Shown one piece after another: positions 54,139-64,000 of a stretch of DNA of 64,000 nt (position 1 is the first letter of the stretch; each line of letters begins with the position of its first letter). The position numbers and the translations under genes are program-made. Source of the DNA: Camelus dromedarius (Eukaryota); NCBI RefSeq assembly GCF_036321535.1, contig NC_087444.1, forward strand, positions 44,764,001 to 44,828,000, read 5' to 3'. The notes below the pieces were generated by a model. It did not search any database. It worked only from the letters and a program-made list of their open reading frames with translations, and had not been told where the DNA came from.

Positions 54139-54186
54139 AATATATATATGTATATTTATATAAATATATATATTATATATATATAA
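54139..54186. repeat. Imperfect (TA)n microsatellite
   Basis: aatatatatatgtatatttatataaatatatatattatatatatataa; present only in the unit upstream of MT-C. Confidence 0.85.
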
Positions 54187-56749
54187 TTTTGTGGTTACCT
54201 TCCCTTCAATGTCTGAAAGAAGACGGACTCTCATTCTCAGTCACTATAAATAATCTGCTTTTTATATAAATATATTTAAGAAAATATGAATCATTAGAAA
54301 AACATTCAGTAAATCCTGGTGCAGGTGACAGCAGAAATGGCAGGATCCTTCTCTATCTGTTAGGAAGATCAGGACTCTCTTGTTTATGGCTTGATATCCC
54401 TTTGCCAATCCCTCTTCAAGTGAAGAGAGGATAACCCTTTCAGGACAACTGGTCACATGCTTACGTGGTTGATGAAGACAAGAGAGGACACACAGCCATG
54501 CACCCCAGTCCTGGTTTATTGGTCTGGAAGTTGAAAAATGTCTCCTATGCTATTCATGGTAATAATAAAGTAATATCAAATATTATAGGTTACTCGCTGT
54601 ATATTATCATCTAAGTTCTTTTTATGTATTATTTATCCCTAGCCCCAAAATGACTATTCTGCTCTCTTAAAGCAGAGCAGGCTGAGCCACAGAGAGATTG
54701 TATCACCTGGCTATAAGTGACACAGGTGGGGGTTGCACTTATGCAGGCTGACTGCAGCATCGTGCCCTCACCCACCACCGGGCATCAATGCATCACATGA
54801 AAGATGAGGACACTGAACACCTGGCACAGACGCAGCCACGGAAAAGCATTGAACAGGCAGTCAGATCCCTCTGCACATCTCTGTGACCTCTCTGGGCTTC
54901 AGACTCCCATCTCTCCAGCCAAGAGCACAACTGGACTGTCTCAGAGGACCCTTTCAGCTCTGAATAAGAAAAAGCAGAATTTAGCATCCAGTTAGATCAT
55001 AATCAGCATCCTGTAGCTAGGAAGTGAGATCATATAAGTTCAGATCTCTGACTATGAGCTGTGTGACCTTGTCCAGATTGCTTAACCTCTCTTGAATTGG
55101 CACAATCACTCCAGCCCCTGCATGTTCACTTTCTCCCTGAATCCTTTGTAAATCAAATGACATGACAGGTGGGAAAGGTTTCTGACTCTGTCTAAATGCT
55201 GTGGCAGCGTCTTTCCCCATGGGACTTATTAGAGGACATCCACACTCCCTCTGGCACCAGAGAAGCAAAGTTCCTATCATCTATAGCCTCATGCTGAGTA
55301 TATTTTGAAACAAATGAGCTTTTCTCCAGGAGCTTCTTGGGATCTGAAAGAAATCTTATCCTCACTAATGTCCATGTGCATATAGTGACCATAGAGGAAA
55401 CTGTTGAGAAAGCCCAAGCTAGGAGCCAGGCCACCATCTCATTTAACTGTCCACATTGAGATATCATGTCTTTTACACAAATGAGGAAACGGAGGCTGAG
55501 AATATGGATGACTTGCCAGGGTCTCATGGCCAGGAGGTGGCAAGGTGACTGTGAACCAGGATGCCTGACACCCAAACCCAAGCACCCGGCACAGCCTGAC
55601 CTCTGAAATACCTTGTTCACACAGGGTGGCTGTGGGAAAGTGTGGTCCCAACTCCTGGGCCACGTGGCCCGTCCTTCTCTTTGATTGAACATCAAATAGC
55701 AATTTCTTCCACAAGCAGCCAGGGAGAGTAACCATTAGCATTAATAACAAAGTCACTGGGTACCGTATTCCTGCCAAATAGGCACTACCACACCCTCCAA
55801 ATTGCAGAATAGTCTACACGGGCAGACATGAAGTCTTTTGGAACCAATTTTCAGGTACACCCCATCTTGCAGGGAAATGGCTGGGTGATTCCTCCCAAAT
55901 CCCTAGTGACTTTGTTGGTTTCAAGCAGCCAAGGGCTGGATTTTGAGGGAGGAACTTCCCAGGATTCAGAGCCCAGTCAACATAGGGAGCTGTCAGGGGT
56001 AGCGGGTGTCCTCTCTGTGTCACTGGGCAAATCAAGACTGATGCTCCCCATGGGATGGGGGCAGTGCTACACAAGGTGTATGTGGTCCACACAGCGGAGC
56101 ATTTGTGAAGTGCTTCCAGTGCTCATAAACGGCCTTGATGAACATATGTGTAGCCTTTAAGTCTTATTTTTCTTCTTGGTTCTTCATATAGAAACGAAAT
56201 TATGTGTGTTGAACCTAAAAATGGGTTTTATATATTGTGTCCTCTAAAACTTTTTCTTAGTAATTCATTTTATTTACCATAGTTTAAATCTGTCGGTCTT
56301 AGAAAATAAAACCTAGTCCTTCAACAGTGTTTTAGAAGTAAGCACTGTGTAGAGGTAAAACAGCTGGGGCTTGAATTTCATCCTGTCTGAGTTCTTTCAT
56401 AGGCTAACATCTTTGAGGACTGAAGTTTGGCAGATGATAAGAGAGAGTGAAAATGAGAAACTGAGAAGTTTCTCTGCCATCAACACTTACAATGAGGACA
56501 GAGGTGAACCCATGTGCCTCATTCCCTTATCTCATGTGGATGATGCTTTCATTTCTATCTGAAAACCTGAAACTCAGAGAGGTAACCTGACCTGCTCAAG
56601 GCACTTACTGTGTTAGGGACAACAAATTAGGTCCAGAACCCATGTCTCAGCACTTCCAGCCCAATCCCCCACCCCAGTCCTGGTGACCATAATGTATGTT
56701 ACTTCCAAGACACACCAACGAAAACAGAGCTAAAATAAAGTCAATGAAT

Positions 56750-56755
56750 TTTATT
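56750..56755 (-). terminator. MT-D polyadenylation signal AATAAA
   Basis: tttatt on plus. Confidence 0.8.
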
Positions 56756-56876
56756 ACAATTCACATATTTTATAGAAAAAGGAATGCAGCATCTGGTCAG
56801 AGTAGTAGGAATAAATTTTGAAATGCAAGTTTGTCCATGCTGTTTGATCTATATCTGAGGCAGGGTCTCCCCAACT

Positions 56877-58364
<1,488 letters not shown>

Positions 58365-58436
58365 TTGGAGCCGAGGTGAGGCTGGAGGTTTAAAGCACGT
58401 AGCAAAACAGATTCACTCGTCTGGCGGGAGGCGTGC

Positions 58437-58891
58437 TGGAGTCTGGGAGGCCCCGCCCCCGCCTTGCACCCTCCCGGCGGATCCGTGCCGCCAGCAGCGC
58501 CCGGGGCCGGGCTGTGCGCACCTGGCCGGGATGAGGTCACGATTCCGTGAGCAAGGCTGGAGTTGGTGGCAACCGCAGCGCCGGGGGCCGGGTTGTGAGC
58601 AATATGCCGGCCGAGCGCTAGGTTCTCCCAGCTCACCTAAAACTGTTGTACACACCCAGGGCGGTGTTTGGCGCCTGTTCGCGGGGAGGGACAGTTAGCC
58701 AGAAGGTACGCTGTGTCCTAGCCTCCCTGCCCTCCCCTTCCCAATTTTCCCAAGGATGGCCGCCGCCGGTGTCCCCAGGTGTTCCGGGAACCCGTGTCCT
58801 CGCCGTCTTCCCCAACCTCCGCCCGCCCCCGCCCCCCACCCCCCACCGCACCTCTGTCCTCAGTGTCGCCCTTTCCAGGAGCTCGTGTGCA
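58437..58891 (-). promoter_or_regulatory. MT-D promoter lacking TATA box and MRE-a
   Basis: No TATA between the initiator-like agcacgcc (about 58437) and the GC box (58451-58460). MRE cores at 58465, 58514 and 58885; GRE-like 58705-58719; STAT-type TTCCGGGAA 58782-58790. Confidence 0.8.
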
Positions 58892-61339
58892 ACCTCAACA
58901 CTTGCTCACTTTCCAGGCATGGCTGGAGCCTGAGTTGTATGCAGAGATCTGTGATGGATGCGACCTTCACCATCAGTCTCCCGCCCCGAACCTGTCCCCA
59001 AGATTGCCTGCCCTGGCCCCTACGATGGTTTTTAGTCACCGTTTCTCCGGTTTCTCCCTTAACAGCAACGCAGCGAACACAGGCCTCTGTCACCCTTCCT
59101 TCCTTACATTCTTCATGGCTGAACGGATGGATGGGCACATTTATCTAGGTGCTCTTTTGCCTAAACTTTCAAGGGGGTTTCCTCAACCTCTCAGATCCAC
59201 CACTCCAGGATGGAGTCCCCAAAGCATGGGATACCCCCCGCCCAGGAGAGGGATCATTGTAGGTGATAGGCAGATCTGAGATTAAATAACAAAACAAGTG
59301 GTTGTTTCCCTTTACTCAGCGGTGGGAAGAGCAGAGTTGGCAGTCAGATCCCTCTGCATGGCTCTGTGGCCTCTCTGGGCTTCAGACTCCCATCTCTCCA
59401 TTCGGGAGCACAACTGGACTATCTCAACCCTTCCAACTCTGAATAAGGAGAAGCAGGACTTAGCATCCAGTTAGATCATAATCAGCCATCTTTGGCAAAG
59501 AGGTAAGACAACTGAAGTATAGGTTCAGACCTCTGAATGTGATCTCGGTACCCTTGGCCAGGTCGCTTTAACTTTGTGTAATTGGCACAGTAACTCCAGC
59601 CCCTGCAAGTTCTTTGTCACTCATTCAATGTAGATCAAGTGACATGAAGGGTGGGCAAGTCTTTTGTGTTTGCCCAAGTGCTGTCACAGCATCTTATCCT
59701 AGGTGAGCTATTGCAAGTCAACCACATTCCTTCCAGCACACATTCAGTAAATTTCCAGTCAAACTTTAACCTCCAACCCAGAGTAATGCTTGCAAATCAA
59801 CTAGCCTTTTCAAGAGCTTGTTGGGCTTCAACAAGATTCTGTCCCAGAAAAGTCACTGTGAACAGAAGGATGATAGTAGACACTGTTTATTGAGTCCTAG
59901 TGAGAAGCCAGGCCACTCTCACTTAATACCACATAGAGATATAATCTTTTTATAGAAAATGGAGACTTAGAGTGGTTGAGCAACTTACTCAGGTTACACA
60001 GCAGGTAAGTGCCTTATTGGTCTGTGACCCAGGACTGCCTGACACCAACGCCCACGCACCCAACACAGGCTGGCTTCTGAAAGCCTCTCTTCACACGGGA
60101 CACCTGTGGGTAAGCGTCCTGAGTTTGGGCCACGTAACTCATCTTTCTCTTTGACTTTACATCAAATAGCAAATCCCTCCAAAACTTGTCAGGGGGACCT
60201 AGCCATTACCATTATTTATAAGTCACTCAATGCCTCACTCCTTCCTGATAAACACCACCACAACTTCATAACTGCAGAATCTGCCTTCACCCTGCTCAGG
60301 CAGACATGAAATCTTTCATCTGGAATCGGTTCCCAGGTACTTTCCCTCTTGTTGGGGAATGTCTGGGCATTACCTCCAAATTTCTAGTCATTTTGCTGAT
60401 TTCAAGTAGTCATGGGCTGGATTTTGAAGAAAAGGTAGATTTCAGCCTGAGTAATGTGAGAACCTCCAAAAATTCAGAGCCAAGTCAGCACAGGGAACTC
60501 TCAGGGGTGGCAGCTGTCCTGTCAGTGGTGATGGGCAAGCCAAGATTGATGTCCCCTGTAGGGCTGTGGGGGCAGTGCTTCTCCAGGTGTGTGTGGTCCA
60601 CACCTTGGGGCATTTGTAAAGTGTTTTCAGTATTCAGTGCACACCTTCAATGAATAAATGTGTAGTTTTAAATTTAAAAAAGTTTTCCTGTCTTACTCTG
60701 TTCCTTATATATTTATTCAAACGTGTCTGTTAAACAAAAACTGGGTTTTGTATATTGTGTCCTTTTACATTTTTCTTAGTAATTCACTTTATTTTATATT
60801 ACCAGAGTTTAGGTTTGTGAAGACAGAAAATAAAAACCATGGCTAGAGAATTCACATCAATCTTTTGGCGCAGGAATTTTGAGTCTCCTAGGTAGGGATT
60901 TAGGTACTAGGGGTTTGATTCCAAATTCTTTACAGTCTATCAAGCCTGAAATCTATGAAGAACTGAAGTTGTCCAGGGAAGTCAAAGGATGGAAAATGAA
61001 GAATTGAGAAGTCACCAGCCCTTGCCATCCACCAACCCTTGACATAAGAACAGAGGGGACCCTGTGTCTGCTCCAAATCATTATAGCATCTGGTGTAACG
61101 CTCTTCCATCTCACAGAAGATGAACTTAGTGAAGAAGTGTGTCTTGCTTTAGGTACTCAGTTTATTATGCATTAGCATTCTGTTCCATTACCCAAGTCTC
61201 TGCACTTCTCATCCAGTCTCCTATACCAGCCCTACCTAGATGGCACACAAGCCATTATTCCCACACACAGGAAAGAAAGCAGTCAGAAATAGTGTCAGAA
61301 AGAGCAGTCAGAAAGAGTCAGAATAGTGTCAACAATTTT

Positions 61340-61345
61340 TTTATT
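61340..61345 (-). terminator. MT-E polyadenylation signal AATAAA
   Basis: tttatt on plus. Confidence 0.8.
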
Positions 61346-61459
61346 ACCATTCACATATTTCTTGGAAAAGGGATTGTAACATTCAGGTCGGGTTTGGATA
61401 AAAATGCAGGTTTGCCCACGTCCCTGGGCATTTACATCTGGAGCAGGCTCTCCCTTACA

Positions 61460-62617
<1,158 letters not shown>

Positions 62618-62714
62618 TTGGAGGCAAGGTGAGGCCGGAGGTCTAAAGCAAGCGGAGAAGAAGATTCACTTGCTGGTGGGAGGTGTGTTGGAGCCCAGGA
62701 GCCCGCGTACTATG

Positions 62715-63161
62715 TTTATACCCTGAGGAGGCAGCCCGGGTGCAGCGGCCCCTTCCCCACCTTGCACCCGCCCAGCCTGGCTGTGCGCACCTGGCTGGGC
62801 GGAGCGCAGGGTTCCGTGAGCAAGGCTGGGTCTGTGAGAAAGGCTGGGTCTGTGTGCAAGGCTGGGTCTGTGCGCAGTGCCTGGGACGTCCCTTTGGCCC
62901 TAGAACTCACGGAAGGACTGTGTGCAGGCGGCATTCCGTGTCCCAGCCTCCCTGCCCGCCCCTTCCAAATTTTCCCAAGGTAGGCAGTCACCTTTGTTCT
63001 GGGATCTTCCTGGAACTCTGTCCTCGCTCTGTTTGCTACCCCAGGTCCCCGTGCCTTTGTCCTCAGCTACGTCCTTTCCTAGGGCCCGTGTGCAGCCCTA
63101 GCCTGTGCTCACATCCCCGGCTTACGGGGAGCGGTGGAAAGTCCTGAGGGTGTTGTGTGCA
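62715..63161 (-). promoter_or_regulatory. MT-E promoter
   Basis: TATAAA 62715-62720; nine MRE cores (62738, 62763, 62783, 62802, 62852, 62870, 62920, 63088, 63155); STAT-type TTCCTGGAA 63007-63015; proximal GC box degenerate (ggccccttcccc). Confidence 0.85.
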
Positions 63162-63827
63162 GAGGCCCAGCGTTGAATGTGACCTTTGCCTCACAGTGCA
63201 TTTCCTCTCCCTGAGCCCACAGGGGCTTTTGGCACTATTTTTCTGTTCTTGATTTCCAGGCAGACACTGTTTTCTGCTTCTGTCCTTCTTCCACTGTAAA
63301 TCTGAAGGGACTTATGAGCACATTTGTCTGAATCTTTTGCATAAAACTCTCCAGGGACTCCACAGCCTAGCCAGCCCACCTCACTCCAGGAGAGCTGTTC
63401 AGAAAATGGGATGCCCCCAGGGGAGGGGTCATTTTAGGTGATATGCAGATCTAGCCTTACTTAACATATCAAGAAAAGTAATTTTTTCCCTTTCAGTATT
63501 ACTGAGCATTACACAGCATTTTTGTATGTCACACCTGGTTGATCATTTTTTTGATCTTTCAAACCTCACAAGGACTCTGAAAGAGGAATATTATTATTTA
63601 TGAGCCCATTTGGCTGATAGGAAAGGTAAGTCACAAGTATGTTAATCTGCCCAGGGTCTAAGCCCAGAGCTAAGACATAGTGCCACTGGATCTGAATCCA
63701 GTCAGCTTCCCAAGGGAAGGAGAAGGCCAAGGATAAAGTTTTCCTTTGGCCCAAAGTTTTCCTTTGCTATATCTTCAACATCAATGTACTGCTTGAAATC
63801 TTTTAAACGGAGGTAAGCCTCACACTT

Positions 63828-63985
63828 ATCAAGTCTCCGGTCCTATGTCATGATTTAGTTCTCATGGACCTAGACCCCCTTTTGCTTCTACAAGACACCA
63901 CACAGGTCCAGTACATTGATGATATTATGCTGACTGGAGCTAGTTGCAAGAAGCAGCCACTACTGTTGGCTTATTGGTGAGACTC
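63828..63985 (+). mobile_element. ERV-L pol (reverse transcriptase) relic
   Basis: The frame from 63828 reads IKSPVLCHDLVLMDLDPLLLLQDTTQVQYIDDIMLTG, resembling the ERV-L RT segment INSPALCHNLVRRDL..HYIDDIMLIG. YIDD is at 63912-63923. Confidence 0.75.
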
Positions 63986-64000
63986 TACAATGGTGGTCCG

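Noticed and set aside
62816-62876. CRISPR-like array
   Set aside because: The units are directly adjacent without unique spacers, in a eukaryotic promoter; it is a minisatellite.

Overview
Mammalian euchromatic DNA with no prokaryotic features. It is most likely camelid, because four tRNA-Ala-derived vic-1-type SINEs are present. The right third (41.5-62.7 kb) is a tandem array of five three-exon metallothionein-1 (MT1) genes on the minus strand, labelled here MT-A to MT-E from left to right. All five have open 61-codon frames and GT-AG introns. A CpG-island promoter and non-coding first exon at about 16.2 kb (minus strand) is assigned by synteny to NUP93, whose long first intron fills 1-16154. 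The rest is repeat-rich (L1, L2, MIR, MER20/MER58, MaLR/ERV LTRs) with six N-gaps. The most interesting signals are in the MT array. (1) It looks like a two-gene higher-order duplication (A~C, B~D) overlaid by gene conversion. (2) The five promoters carry very different complements of MRE, TATA, STAT, GRE and AP-1/ARE motifs. (3) MT-D has lost its TATA box and proximal MRE through a 46-bp deletion, has a Cys5Ser change, and carries two near-consensus glucocorticoid response elements. All motif function is inferred from sequence only. The ORF-track hits outside the MT exons and L1 remnants appear spurious.
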